The notes beneath the pieces are model-generated. The model saw only the letters and a list, made by a program, of their open reading frames with translations, was not told where the DNA came from and did no database searches. From an uncultured bacterium (lineage in GTDB: Bacteria; Planctomycetota; UBA1135; GCA-002686595), in contig CALSNU010000006.1 of NCBI GenBank assembly GCA_943787795.1, positions 32,001 to 96,000 on the forward strand: a stretch of DNA of 64,000 bases, written 5' to 3'. Position 1 is the stretch's first letter. Every line of letters begins with the position of its first letter. A program made the position numbers and the translations under genes. Below, piece after piece: positions 1 through 11,438 of this stretch.

Positions 1-1155
1 GGCCTCGACCCTGCGTGCGTTGCCTCTCCAGGTCAGCTCGCGCTCCTCGATGGTGCGCCTCGCGGCGCTCCCCATCGCGCCGCGGAGCTCCTCGTCCTCC
101 GCCAGGCGCGACAGCGCCGCGATGAGCGCGGGGCCGTCCCCCGGTGGAACGAGCAGGGCGTCTCTGCCGTGCTCGAGGACCTCGCGGAGGTTGGGCTGGT
201 CGGGGGCCACCGTCGGGAGCCCCGCGGCCATGTATTCGTGGAGCTTGAGCGGCGAGGCGTACGGGTTGATCGCGGGGACGAGGCCGACGTCAAACGCCGG
301 CAGGATCCCGGGGATTGCGCCGTGTGGCCGGGTGCCGGCGAAGTGAAGGCGGTCCTCAACGCCCAGCTGCCTGGCGCGGGCCCGCAGGGCCTCCTCCGCG
401 GGGCCCTTGCCCACGAGGACGAGGTGCGCGGTGGACAGGGCCTCCGTGGCCATCCCGTCCAGAACGAGGTCGAGGCGGTGCCAGTCCCGGTAGTACCCGA
501 CGAAGCCCAGGACTGGCCCGCGGGTGTCCTCGATGCCGAGGTCGCGCCGGGCGGCGTCGCGGTCCAGATCGGCGTAGAGCTCGGGGTGAACGCCGTTGGG
601 GGTCACGAAGATCCGATCGGGATCCACGCCCAGCTCGGCCACCATGCCCTTGAGCACCTCGGTGACCACGCAGACGCGGGTCGCTCGCTGGAAGATCCGA
701 TTCTCGATCCGTCGGGCGAGGCCTGGAAACGCGAGGCCGCGAGTTCGGCTGAGCTCGAGGACGAGGGGTGAGTTCACCTCGAGGACCAGGGGGATCTCGA
801 GGGCCTCGGACGTGGCGACCCCCGCCGTGTTGCCGAAGGCGTAGCGCTCGTAGATGAAGTCCGGCCTGAACTCTCTCGCGGCGCGTCTGAGGCGACGGCT
901 CGCGTGCAGGCTGTAGCCGTACTCCGCGAGCTCCTTGACGAAGCCGGGGAGCAGGCCAAAGAGCGCCCAGGGAGACCAGCGCCGAGCCGCTTTCGTCGTC
1001 TCTGGCTGCGGAGAGGCCGCGGCCTCGTTGCTGCGCTCCACCAGGGCGACCTCACGGACCTCGTGACCCTCGCTCTGGAATGCCTCGATGAGGGAGCGGA
1101 TATGGACCGCCTGGCCGTCTTCGGCCTGGGTCCGGTGGTGGTAGAGGATCTTCAC
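1..1155 (-). CDS. Glycosyltransferase family 4 (GT-B), runs off the window edge
   Basis: Not in the ORF track because it has no stop inside the window. The minus strand reads GTG-start MKILYHHRTQAEDGQAVHIRSLIEAFQSEGHEV..., and later a GT4-like C-terminal stretch (AINPYASPLKLHEYMAAGLPTVAP). Confidence 0.85.
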   Translation of the reverse strand, partial: MKILYHHRTQAEDGQAVHIRSLIEAFQSEGHEVREVALVERSNEAAASPQPETTKAARRWSPWALFGLLPGFVKELAEYGYSLHASRRLRRAAREFRPDFIYERYAFGNTAGVATSEALEIPLVLEVNSPLVLELSRTRGLAFPGLARRIENRIFQRATRVCVVTEVLKGMVAELGVDPDRIFVTPNGVHPELYADLDRDAARRDLGIEDTRGPVLGFVGYYRDWHRLDLVLDGMATEALSTAHLVLVGKGPAEEALRARARQLGVEDRLHFAGTRPHGAIPGILPAFDVGLVPAINPYASPLKLHEYMAAGLPTVAPDQPNLREVLEHGRDALLVPPGDGPALIAALSRLAEDEELRGAMGSAARRTIEERELTWRGNARRVEA

Positions 1156-1442
1156 GTAGGAGGCGGAGGACCGGTCGGGCCATGAGCCTAGCACGGGGGG
1201 GCCGGCGAAGCGGCATGCGGAGTCGGCCCAGGGTCCGCGCGTCGGGTTGGGGCGTTGGGCTCAGGCGGTGGGCTGGAGGGTGGACTGAAGCGGTGGACTG
1301 AAGCGGCGGACTGCGGCGGCGGTGGCAGTGCAAATCACAGGAGGCGCGGGGGCATCTTTGATCGTGTTCGGATTCGGCGTCAGCGAGTAGTCTCAGGCGC
1401 GCGGTCCTTCCCGCCTCCCCGTCCCTATCGCACCGCCCATCC

Positions 1443-4107
1443 ATGCTGACCTCGAACCTGTTTGCGCCCACCTCATTTGGCCTCTTCCTGCTCTTGGCGG
1501 CCGCTTCGGCTCAGGGCGCTGGGGCTCAGGGCGCTGGGGTTCAGGGCGCTGGGGGCCAGGAAGGTGGAGGGCCGTCGGGGGACGCTAGCGCCTCGCAAGT
1601 CGGCCAAGCGCCGGTGCCGGCCACCGACCTCCACCTGCCGGATGGCTTCGAGGCGGAGCTTCTCTTCACCGTTCCGCGGGACGAGATGGGGTCGTGGGTA
1701 TGCCTCGCCCGTGATGATCGAGGGGGCCTGTTCGCCAGCGATCAGGGGGGGAAGGGGATCTACAGGATCACGCCCGCGCCGATCGATGGCATCGGCGTGA
1801 CCGTCGCCGAGAAGCTCCCCACGGAGGTGTCCGGGGCCCAGGGCCTGCTCTGGGCCTTTGATTCGCTCTACGCCAACGTCAACGGGCAGGGCCTCTGGCG
1901 CATCCGCGACACCGACGGGGACGGTGAGCCCGAGGACGCCACGCACCTCGTGAAGCTCGGTAACGGCGGGGAGCACGGGCCCCACGCGGTCCTCCCGACC
2001 CGCGACGGCAAGGGCATCTACTTCATCGCCGGCAACCACACCCTGTTGCCTGAGATCCAGGGCTCGAGGGCTCCGTCCAACTGGGGCGAGGACCTCTTGC
2101 TGCCTCGGCAGTGGGATGCCCGCGGTCACGCCCGTGGGCGGCTGGCGCCCGGCGGCTGGATCGCGAGCTCCGGACCGGACGGGGAAGACATCGAGGTCGT
2201 GAGTAGCGGCTACCGCAACCAGTACGACATCGCCATCAATGACGACGGCGAGATGTTCACCTACGACGCTGACATGGAGTGGGACGTCGGCATGCCGTGG
2301 TACCGGCCGACCCGGATCTGTCACGCCACCAGCGGCAGCGAGTTCGGATGGCGCAGCGGCACGGGCAAGTGGCCCGAGCACTACGAGGACTCCCTGCCCC
2401 CGACCTACAACATCGGGCCCGGCTCCCCCACGGGGCTGCTGTTTGGCACCGGGGCCAAGTTCCCGGCGCGCTACCAGCGGGCGCTGTACGCCCTCGATTG
2501 GACCTTCGGGACCATCTACGCCTTCGAGCTCGTTCCGGACGGCGCGAGCTACCGCGCCGTGCGCAGCGAGTTCGCCTGGTCGAAGCCCCTGGGCGTGACC
2601 GACGCGACCATCGGCGCGGACGGCGCCATGTACTTCACGGTCGGCGGGCGCGGGGCCCAGTCCGCGCTGTACCGGGTCACCTACACCGGGGCTGAGTCCA
2701 CCGCTCCGGTGAGCGGGGCGGACCCCGAGGGCGCCGAGGCGCGCGCCTTGCGACGCTCACTCGAGGCCTTCCACGGCGCCCCGAACCCCGCCGCCCTCGA
2801 CGCCGCCTGGGGGCACCTCGGCTCCCAGGACCGCTTCATCCGCTTCGCCGCGCGGATCGCGGTGGAGAACCAGGAGGTCTCCAGCTGGGTCGCGGCAGCG
2901 CTCGCTGAGTCGGCGCCGCGGGCGGCGACCACGGCGCTCCTGGCCCTCGCCCGTCAAGGGCGCGAGGACGACATGGCCCCCCTCCTGGCTCGGGGCCTCG
3001 AGCTTTGGGACGCCGGTCTCGGTGGCGAGGACCGGCTCACCCTCCTGCGCGCCTTCGCGGTCGCGATGGCGCGGAACGGAGGCCCGGAACGGGGTCTGCG
3101 CGCCGAGCTCGCGAAGCGCCTCGTGGCTTATGCGGCGGCAGGCCCGGCCGACGGGGGCAGCGCCGCGCTCGTGGACGTCGAGGTCGCTCGATTGCTGACC
3201 TACCTGGGTGAGCCGCGCGCGGTGACCTTCGGCATGGAGATGGTGCGGGCGCCCGGCGGGGACGAGGAACTACCGCTCTGGGTGGAGCTGCTGGATCGCA
3301 ACGACCGTTATGGCCCGCCGATCAAGGCCATGATCACGGATCGGCCGCCGATCCGCGGCATGGAGGTGGCCTTCATCCTGCGCAACGCGGAGCAGGGATG
3401 GACCCCCCGAGCTACGCCGGGAGTACTTCGCGTTCCTGAACGAGGCGGCGGGTCACTCGGGGGGCGCGAGCTATCCGGGGTTCCTCGAGAACATGCGCGC
3501 GGACGCCGCGGATCGACTGACGGTCAAGGAGCGCCAGTCTCTGGCGGAGCTCCTCGGGCTGTCGCTGGTGGCCGGTCCGCCGGAGGGCGTCACGCCGCCG
3601 AAGGGACCGGGACGCAAGTGGACCACCCAGGACGCCGTGGCTGCGGTGGAGGGGCACCTCACCGACCGTGACTTCGCGGCCGGAGTCAACCTGTACCACG
3701 CCACCTCGTGCAGCTCGTGTCACATGTTCGCGGGGAAGGGGGGCGCGATCGGACCCGACCTCTCGACGGTTGGGAACAAGTTCGCGCTCAAGGACCTCCT
3801 CGAGTGCGTCATCGAGCCGAGCCTCGCGATCTCCGATCAGTACGGGTCTCAGCTCCTGATGGACCATGAGGGCAACATCGCCGAGGGCATCGTGGTGGAG
3901 GAGGGCGACGAGTACGTGGTGTACCCGAGGGACCCGGGCGCGGACGCCCTCGTCTTTCACTGCGACGAGGTCAAGGTGCTCAAGGAGTCGAAGGTCTCTC
4001 AGATGCCCGAGGGATTGGTGGACGGCCTGAACGTGGAAGAGCTGCGCGATCTGGTCGCCGTGCTCCTCTCCGGCGGCAACAAGAAGGCCAAGTACTTCAA
4101 GCAGTGA
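1443..4107 (+). CDS. PVC-type membrane-bound dehydrogenase / heme-binding protein (propeller + HEAT-like + cytochrome c CxxCH), split by one frameshift near 3403-3408
   Basis: Signal peptide, LPDGFEAEL start, GYRNQYDIA motif. ORF 3493..4107 carries CSSCH and GPDLS. Removing one C from the C6 run at 3403-3408 joins GWTP to ELRREYFAFLNEA...MRADAAD. Confidence 0.85.
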
Positions 4108-6704
4108 GGTCGATCAGCAGAGAGGCATCGGCGGCAGCCCGCCTCACGGCGAGCCTCCTCACCTGGGTCACCGCAGCCCTGTTCTGGGCGTGCCCCGCGC
4201 TCGCCGTGGGCGGTGAGGCGCCGGAGGTCGCGGGCGCCGCCGGGCGCCCCAATGTCCTGCTCCTGATCTCCGATGACCAGGCGTGGTCGGACTTCGGCTT
4301 CATGGGTCACGAGGCCATCGAGACGCCGCGCCTTGACGCGCTGGCGGCGGAGGGGCGCACCTTTCCGCGAGGCTACGTGCCGACCGCCCTTTGCCGGCCG
4401 AGTCTGGCCACGATCATCACGGGCCTCTATCCGCACCAGCACGGGATCACGGGGAACGACCCGCCGAAGGGCGTCGCCCGCGAGGAGATGCTCCAGCTGA
4501 TCGCCGCGACCGAGACGCTGCCTGATCTCCTGCGCCCGCTCGGCTATGAGAGCCTGCAGACGGGCAAGTGGTGGGAGGGCAACTGCCAGTGCGGTGGCTT
4601 CAGCGAGGGGATGACCCACGGGGACCCTGGACGCGGCGGTCGACATGGAGACGTGGGCCTCGACATCGGGCGCAAGACCATGGCGCCGGCGCTCGACTTC
4701 ATGAGCCGCTGCGCGACTTCGGACACGCCCTTCTTTCTTTGGTACGCGCCCTTCCTCCCGCACCGTCCGCATAACCCGCCGACGAGGCTCTTGGAGCGCT
4801 ACCTCTCCGAGGGCGTCCCCGAGCCCATCGCCAGGTACCGCGCCATGTGCACCTGGTTCGACGAGACCTGCGGCGAACTGCTCGATCACGTGGACGCCAT
4901 CGGCGAGGGCGAGGACACCCTGGTGATCCTCGTCACCGACAACGGGTGGATCCAGCGTCCCGAGGCGCAGGGCTATGCGGCGCGGAGCAAGCGGACCTCG
5001 TACGAGGGGGGCGTGCGGACGCCGATCGTCCTGAGGCAGCGGGGCTCCATCGAGCCCGCGCGCCTGGAGGTCGCAGTGAGCAGCGTGGACCTCGCCCCGA
5101 CCATCCTCCGTGCCTGCGGCGCGGAGGTGCCGGCGCAGCTCCCTGGGGTGGACCTGCTCGCCGAGGGCGGCCCGGCACCGCGGCCGCTGTTCGGGGCGGC
5201 CTTCACCCATGACGTGGTCGAGGTCGGCGTGCCCGCGCGGAGCGTGCTCTCCCGCTGGGTGATCGACGGGGAGCACAAGCTCATCGACCACAGCGACGGC
5301 GACGTCGCGGACGAGCTCTTCGACCTCGCCGCGGATCCGTGGGAGCGGGAGGCGCTGCGGGATACGGCGCTCAGCGATCGGCTGCGCGAGAAGATGAACG
5401 GCTGGTGGGACCCGCCCGCCGCGCGCCCCAACCTTCTCGTGGTGGTGACGGACGACCAGCGCTTTGACCAGCTCGGCGCGGCGGGACACCCGCACCTCAA
5501 GACCCCGGTCATGGATGGCCTGGCCGCCCGAGGGCTGCGCTTCGAGAACGCCTTCGTCACCACCCCGATCTGCGCGGCGAGCCGCGCGACCATCCTCACC
5601 GGGCGCCGCGAGGGCCGGCACGGCTACACCTTCGGGACGCCGCCCATGGGAAGGGCCCTTGCGGCGGACTCGTTCCCCAGGCAGCTGCGCGCCTCGGGGT
5701 ACCGCACGGGCTTCGTCGGCAAGTGGGGCGTGCGCTTCGAGGAGGGGGTCATGGACGGCGCGTTCGACCTGTTCAGGCCCATGGGCCTGCCCTATCGGCG
5801 GGAGGGGAAGGCGCACCTGACCGAGCGGATCGGGGAGGCCGCGGAGTCGTTCGTCTCCGAGGGGGGCGAGGAACCCTTCTGCCTGATGGTGTCCTTCTGG
5901 GCGCCGCACGCCGAGGACAGCCACCCGGACCAGTACCTGCCGGCCGCGGACCTCGCCGGGATGTACGACCACGTGGACGTTGACCTTCCGCCTTTGAGCG
6001 ACGTGGGCTTCGGGGCGCTCCCTGAGTTCTTGCAGCGCTCACTCGGGCGGAAGCGCTGGCGTTGGCGCTTCGATGATCGGGTGAAGCAGGTGCAGCGGAC
6101 CCGGGACTACTGGTCCCTCATCTCGGGCGTCGATCGTGCCCTCGGGGGCATCCTTGACGCGGTGGAGGCCACGGGGGCCGCGGACGACACGGTCGTGCTG
6201 CTCATGGGCGACAACGGCTACTTCCTCGGCGAGCGGGGGCTGGCAGGCAAGTGGCTCATCTACGAGGAGTCCATCCGTGTCCCGTTGATCCTCATGGATC
6301 CGAGGGCGCCCGAGGGGAGGCGCGGTGCGGTGGTGACCTCCACGGCGCTGAACGTGGACGTGGCGCCCACGCTGCTGGAACTCGCTGGCGTTGAGCCCCC
6401 GAAGGGGTATGGCGGAGCGAGCCTCGCTCCCTTCCTCGATGGCGCCGGCTCGCATGAGCCGAGACCGTTCCTGGTGGAGCACCGCTTCGCCCACCCGGAC
6501 ATCCCGACCAGCTACGGCGTGCGCGGTCCCCGCTGGGTCTACGCCTGCTATGACGGACAGGAGCCGCCCTTTGAGCAGCTCTTCGATCTCCAGTCGGACC
6601 CGCAGCAGCTGAAGAATCTCGCGGATGATCCTGCCCACGCCAAGGTCCTTGAGGCGCAGCGGGCTCGGTGCGAGGCGCTCCAGGCTCGCCAGGTTGGCGA
6701 GTAG
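4104..6704 (+). CDS. Tandem double-domain sulfatase
   Basis: Two PN-x-x-x-x-x-x-DDQ starts (PNVLLLISDDQ, PNLLVVVTDDQ) and two active-site motifs (CRPSL, CAASR). Each half has GKW and DNG motifs. Confidence 0.9.
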   Translation: MRSISREASAAARLTASLLTWVTAALFWACPALAVGGEAPEVAGAAGRPNVLLLISDDQAWSDFGFMGHEAIETPRLDALAAEGRTFPRGYVPTALCRPSLATIITGLYPHQHGITGNDPPKGVAREEMLQLIAATETLPDLLRPLGYESLQTGKWWEGNCQCGGFSEGMTHGDPGRGGRHGDVGLDIGRKTMAPALDFMSRCATSDTPFFLWYAPFLPHRPHNPPTRLLERYLSEGVPEPIARYRAMCTWFDETCGELLDHVDAIGEGEDTLVILVTDNGWIQRPEAQGYAARSKRTSYEGGVRTPIVLRQRGSIEPARLEVAVSSVDLAPTILRACGAEVPAQLPGVDLLAEGGPAPRPLFGAAFTHDVVEVGVPARSVLSRWVIDGEHKLIDHSDGDVADELFDLAADPWEREALRDTALSDRLREKMNGWWDPPAARPNLLVVVTDDQRFDQLGAAGHPHLKTPVMDGLAARGLRFENAFVTTPICAASRATILTGRREGRHGYTFGTPPMGRALAADSFPRQLRASGYRTGFVGKWGVRFEEGVMDGAFDLFRPMGLPYRREGKAHLTERIGEAAESFVSEGGEEPFCLMVSFWAPHAEDSHPDQYLPAADLAGMYDHVDVDLPPLSDVGFGALPEFLQRSLGRKRWRWRFDDRVKQVQRTRDYWSLISGVDRALGGILDAVEATGAADDTVVLLMGDNGYFLGERGLAGKWLIYEESIRVPLILMDPRAPEGRRGAVVTSTALNVDVAPTLLELAGVEPPKGYGGASLAPFLDGAGSHEPRPFLVEHRFAHPDIPTSYGVRGPRWVYACYDGQEPPFEQLFDLQSDPQQLKNLADDPAHAKVLEAQRARCEALQARQVGE

Positions 6705-6710
6705 GGCTTG

Positions 6711-7283
6711 TCAGTTCAGGGAGGCGTCCTTCCAGAACTTCGTGCCGCGCAGGTTCGCGCGGAGCGCTAGGCCGGTCTCGGTGAGCTGATAGATGGCGAC
6801 CCCATCGTTGAAGCTCGCGGCTCCGGTCGCGGAGGCTCCGCTCCCATCGGCCTCTGCGGCGGCAGAGGCCTCGACGCTCGCGTCCCAGCCGCCCTCGAGG
6901 AATTGCTGGAGGCGGTCGTTGTTCTCGAACACGAACACGGCTCGGAAGTCGCGTGCGCCGAGGCCGATACCGACGCCGGCCTCGCCCATTCTCATGTAGG
7001 TTCGTTCTCCTGCGGGGAGCTGGACGGCGACGCCGTAGCCGCCCCCTCCCCCGACCAGGAAGAAGTCGATCCCGAAGTTGCTGAAGACCGCGTACCCCGC
7101 GGCTCTCTCCACCTGCGCTTGGGCGGAGGGCGACTCCTGGAAGAGGCGGTCGAGCACCTCTTCGGTGCGTCTGTCGATGGTCGCGCGCTGGTCAGCTGGG
7201 GTCTCGCCAGTGGCGGCACAGGCAGAGAGAGTGGCGGCACAGGCAGAGAGGAGGATGGCGGCGAGCGGGAGTGCGAGTCTCAT
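6711..7283 (-). CDS. YSC84/SYLF-related lipoprotein
   Basis: Lipobox LSAC; AGYAVFS, GGGGGYG, GVGIGLG, V-AIYQLTETGL and GTKFWKD resemble the Ysc84-like family. Confidence 0.75.
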   Translation of the reverse strand: MRLALPLAAILLSACAATLSACAATGETPADQRATIDRRTEEVLDRLFQESPSAQAQVERAAGYAVFSNFGIDFFLVGGGGGYGVAVQLPAGERTYMRMGEAGVGIGLGARDFRAVFVFENNDRLQQFLEGGWDASVEASAAAEADGSGASATGAASFNDGVAIYQLTETGLALRANLRGTKFWKDASLN

Positions 7284-7370
7284 GGTCCGTGTGGCTGACT
7301 TGGCGGCTGACTTGGCGACTGAGTTGGCGGCTGGGGTCTGGGGCCATGGTGTCCCTGTGCCGGCCCGGCT

Positions 7371-10300
7371 TCAATGCTGGCCCATGACGATCGCCACGAG
7401 CTCCTCCTCGATGGGGGAGGAAGCGGGCAGATCGCCGGTGGCTTGACGTCGCTCGATCGCCTTCGCGAGCATCCACACATATCCGCCGGTCGTCCTTGAT
7501 TGTTCCCGGAGGGCGTTCCGTATCACGGCACGGTGCTCCTCTGCGTAGGCTGCCGCCGCCTCGTGGTCCCCGCGATGTCGCAGCGTGACCCACACAAGAA
7601 GGTGCGGCTCCCTGTTCCACAGGTAATCTTGGGCGTCGAGGCCAGCCGCCAGGCGGGCGCTCACGGCGAGGATGGCGGGGAGGTCCCACTTGTTCAAGGA
7701 CGCGTCCCCGTGCCCGACGGTGGCAAGGATCCTCTCCCCGAAGCGAGCAGCCTCGCCGAAGCCGGCGGTGCGGGCGATGCGAACCAGCTCGGCGGCCTGG
7801 ATCAGGCTGTCGCCGGTGGCACCCTGCCACTTGGACTCGAGGTCGGCGTTGCCCTCGATCAACCCTCTCAGCTGCTCGCTGTATCGCCTGACCTCGTCAG
7901 GTTGGCCGCTGCAGACATTGAGCTCGGTGAGGTACCAGAGGGTGGTCACCGCCGAACTCCTGCCGATGGCGTCTTCTTGCCTGAGCAGCGCCGCGAGCTG
8001 CCACGCGAACTCCTCGATGGCCTCGTCCAACCGGCCCTGATTCCGAAACGCCTCCGCCAGCCCGCGCCTTGGAATGATGGCGTCGTGGTGTTCCGGTCCG
8101 AGGGCCTCGGCGTATGCCGCCGCGACCCTGCGGTAGATCGTCTCGGCCTCTTCGCTCTCGCCAAGGGCGTTCAATGTGACCGCGATAGCCGTCTCCAGCG
8201 ACAGCATGACCGGACTGTCGGGGCGCTCCCACGGGCTGAGCCCTTCCCGCACCGCGCGGTAGTGCAGGAGAGCCTCCTCAACCTGTTGGTCGTGGAGGAG
8301 TGACTCCGCCAGGATCCACCGCGTCACGACGGTCAGCCTGGCCTCAGGGCCCAGGGTCTCCATTGCCGCGGGGTAAAGGAGGGTTGCGAGCTTCAAGCGC
8401 GTCCACTCGGTCTCACGTAGCTCGTAGAGAAGCCCCCAGTTGAGCGTGCGTGCCAGCTGCGTTCCGGCAGTCAGGGTGCGGAAGTCGTACAGCCCGTACC
8501 TGTCGCGCAGCTCGGTGAAGGTCGCCTCGATGATGTCGAAGGCCTCCGTGTAGCGGTGGCGATGGTGGAGGTAGCTGGCGAGGCTGGCGGCCAGCGACAA
8601 TCGGTCGCTGGAGGCGTCCCGCCCGGCGTCATCGCGGAGCTCCTCGATGACCTGCCTGGCCCATACCTCCACGTCTCCATGCTTGGCCTCCAGGCGCTCG
8701 ATGTCGTCCGACGCCTGGAGGGCAGAGTGTGCGTTGATGGCCTCGAGGAGGAAACGACACCGCTGGTTGGGGCTCTCCGTGCCGACGGGATCGTCGAGGT
8801 AAGCGTCGGCGAACTGCCTCGCTTCCGCACGGGCGTGGCTCAAGCGGAGCGCGTTCAGGTGCGAGAGCCGGGCCTGGACCCTGAGCTCGCGGGCCCCCTC
8901 CGCTCCGATTTCGTGCGCGGCCTCGGCCCGCGTGCAGCTCTCGCTAAAGATGCTGACGGCGGCGCTGGCGTGTCCGAGGCGCATGGCGAATTCACCCGCC
9001 GAGAAGAGCTGCCTCGCGGCGGCCATCGGGCGGAGGGTCCCCTGCTCTCGGGCGGAGGATGCCATCGCTTCGACGAGTCCCAGCGACCGGGATCGCTCGA
9101 GGGCGCCTCCGGGGGCGAGGATGGCGAGGGCGTCCTCCGCGGTGGCCAGGGTGCGATCCACGGCGAGCTGCGAGTTCATCAGCGCCCAGTTGCTTTGGAG
9201 GAGCTTGCGCTGCTTGGCTTCGAGGTTGAACCAGGAGAGCCCGGAGATGAGCACGACCGCAGCCGTGGAGAGGATCGCCATGGTCGCCACCGGGCGCCTG
9301 CGGACGAGCTTCGCGAGCCTCCGCAGCGGACTGGCCGGGCGGGCCTTGATGGGACGGTGGCTGAGGAAGTGGTCCAGGTCCTCCGCGAAGGCGGCTGCGT
9401 CGGGGTAGCGGCGGTCGGGGTCCTTCTCGAGGGCGTGCAGGCAGACGGTCTCAAGGTCCCTTGGGATCTCCGGGCGGACCTGCCGTGGGGCGGGCGGGTC
9501 GAGGTGGAGGATCTGGTCGTTGACGGCCTGGGTCGAGCTGGCGTCGAAGGGCCGGCGCCCCACCAGCAGCTCGTACATCGTGACGCCGAGGCTGAACACG
9601 TCGGACCTGGTGTCAAGGTGCTCCGTCTCTCTCACCTGTTCGGGTGATCGGTAGAACGGCGTGCCGGCCCCGCTCCGGGACGTCATCAGGGAGTCCTTGA
9701 CGGCGAGCGTCGCGAGGCCGAGGTCTGCGATGATCGGGTCTCCCGACGGGCGAATCAGGATGTTGGCGGGCTTGAGGTCCCGGTGGATGATGCCCGCCGA
9801 GTGCAGCTCCTCCAGACCGCGGGCAATCTGCTGGAGGAAAGCGAGCGGCCGTGCGGTTGGCGAGCTGGGGGAGCGCCTTGCGCTCCTCCGCCAGGAGATC
9901 CGTGAGGGTGCGGCCGTCCTCCACGTACTCTGTCACGATGAAGTGCACACCGCGGTGGAAGCCCACGTCGTGGAGGGCCAGGACGGCGGGGTGGGCGATG
10001 CGCCCTGCGATGGTCGATTCGCGCTTGAAGCGAGTCAGCTGCCGCTCGGAGAGGCCGAGCTCGGGGAGGAGTACCTTGACGGCGACCTGGCGCTGGATGG
10101 ACTCGTCGAGCGCGCGCCAGACCGTGCTGGTGCTCCCCCGACCGATCACCTCGACGAGCCGGTAGCGGCCCGAGGAGGGCGCCCGCCGTGGGCAGCGCTC
10201 CGAGGGCCTCGCGGTGCCTTCGCAGGCGGTGGACATCCTCGAGCATCTCCTCCAGGAGCTTGCGTGCCTCGGGGTCGAGCCTCCGGAGCTCCTCGGCTGG

Positions 10301-10432
10301 CCCCAGTTGCCCTGTCTCCTGCTCCAGCTTCAGGATCGCGTCGAGGGCCGCGGCGGCGCGCTGGGCAGCCACGGATTCTCGGCGGTTCTCTCCCTCGCTA
10401 TCTCCTGAGGGAGGGTCCGTCACCCCGCTCAT
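7371..10432 (-). CDS. Serine/threonine protein kinase with TM segment and TPR-like C-terminus, split by two frameshifts (~10170 and ~9840-9870)
   Basis: RYRLVEVIGRGSTSTVW and VAVKVL are in one frame; HRDLKPANIL, ADLGLA, GTPFYRSPEQ, SDVFSLG and KDPDRRY are in the next. A TM segment and kinesin-light-chain-like TPRs (LGPEHHD) follow. Either assembly errors or a pseudogene. Confidence 0.85.
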
Positions 10433-11154
10433 GATCTCGCTTCTCCAGGGCCTCTTGCGCTCTGGAGCGCCTTCTCGAACGCGGCCCGAGCGCGATGGAG
10501 ACGTTGCCGGAGCGCGTCCGAGGTGACGCCCAGTTCACTCGTCAGGTCGACGCGAGCCTCGCCATCGATCATGGCGCGGATGAGTCGGCGGTCGCCGCCC
10601 GCAAGACTCAGGATCGCCCTGGAGATCAGGGCCTCGGACTCCGTTTGGATGAGCTCGTTCAGGGGAGTCGTCGGCGTCTCGCCTGGGTCCCCGGCCAGCG
10701 AGAGCTCGTCCAGCTCTCCGGGCAGGGAGTGGGGCACCGGGCCCAGGCTCTTCATGCGGTCCAGTCGCTTCCATCGCAGGCGTTGCTGGATCAGCGAGAG
10801 GAACTGGGCCCTCGAGTTGAAGTACAGCGACTCGAAGCCGGGCAAGAGGTCCCCAACAATCGACTGCATCAGGTCGGTCTCACCCTTTTGGGGCATTCGT
10901 TCCTGAGTCGCCTGAACGCCGGGGGTGGCGAGGCCATAGAGCAGACCCCGGAAATAGGAGAGGAATTCGCCCTGTATCTCCCGGTCCCTCTTGCTCACCT
11001 CGAAGGCGATCTGGAGCAAGGCGTCCAGCTCGTCGGCGCCGCCCGCGCGCGCCGCGTCGAATGCCGAGGCGTACTCCCAATCTGCGAGGATCGCTGCGCT
11101 TTCTGGGCCCAGTTCGCGCTGCGCGAGGGCTCGAAGCTGATCGGGGCTGGTCAT
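10429..11154 (-). CDS. ECF-type sigma-70 factor
   Basis: Region 2-like (ETDLMQS...FLSLIQQRLRWKRLDRMK) and region 4 (LAGGDRRLI...ELGVTSDALRQRLHRARAA). The stop overlaps the kinase start. Start chosen at MTSPDQ. Confidence 0.75.
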   Translation of the reverse strand: MTSPDQLRALAQRELGPESAAILADWEYASAFDAARAGGADELDALLQIAFEVSKRDREIQGEFLSYFRGLLYGLATPGVQATQERMPQKGETDLMQSIVGDLLPGFESLYFNSRAQFLSLIQQRLRWKRLDRMKSLGPVPHSLPGELDELSLAGDPGETPTTPLNELIQTESEALISRAILSLAGGDRRLIRAMIDGEARVDLTSELGVTSDALRQRLHRARAAFEKALQSARGPGEARS

Positions 11155-11438
11155 CTGGGTGGCGAGGCACTCGGCGGGACGGGGAGATGGTGCTCGCCCC
11201 GAGCGCGGCGGGGGATCTTCCCGGAACCCCACCGCCCAAAGGGGCGAGCGCGGGGGCAGGCAGGTCAGTGCAGGCAGTGCAGGCAGAACCCTCTTGAGCA
11301 CAGGAAACCGGCCCCCGGTAGGGAAAGAGCAGCGGGGGCGTCAACGTGACCACAGAACGCGCAGAAACTTGGGCCGCCGCGGGGGTCGGTGTCCACCTCG
11401 GCGCCCCGCCGGCGGAGGATCCCACGTCCTGTGGGGCC

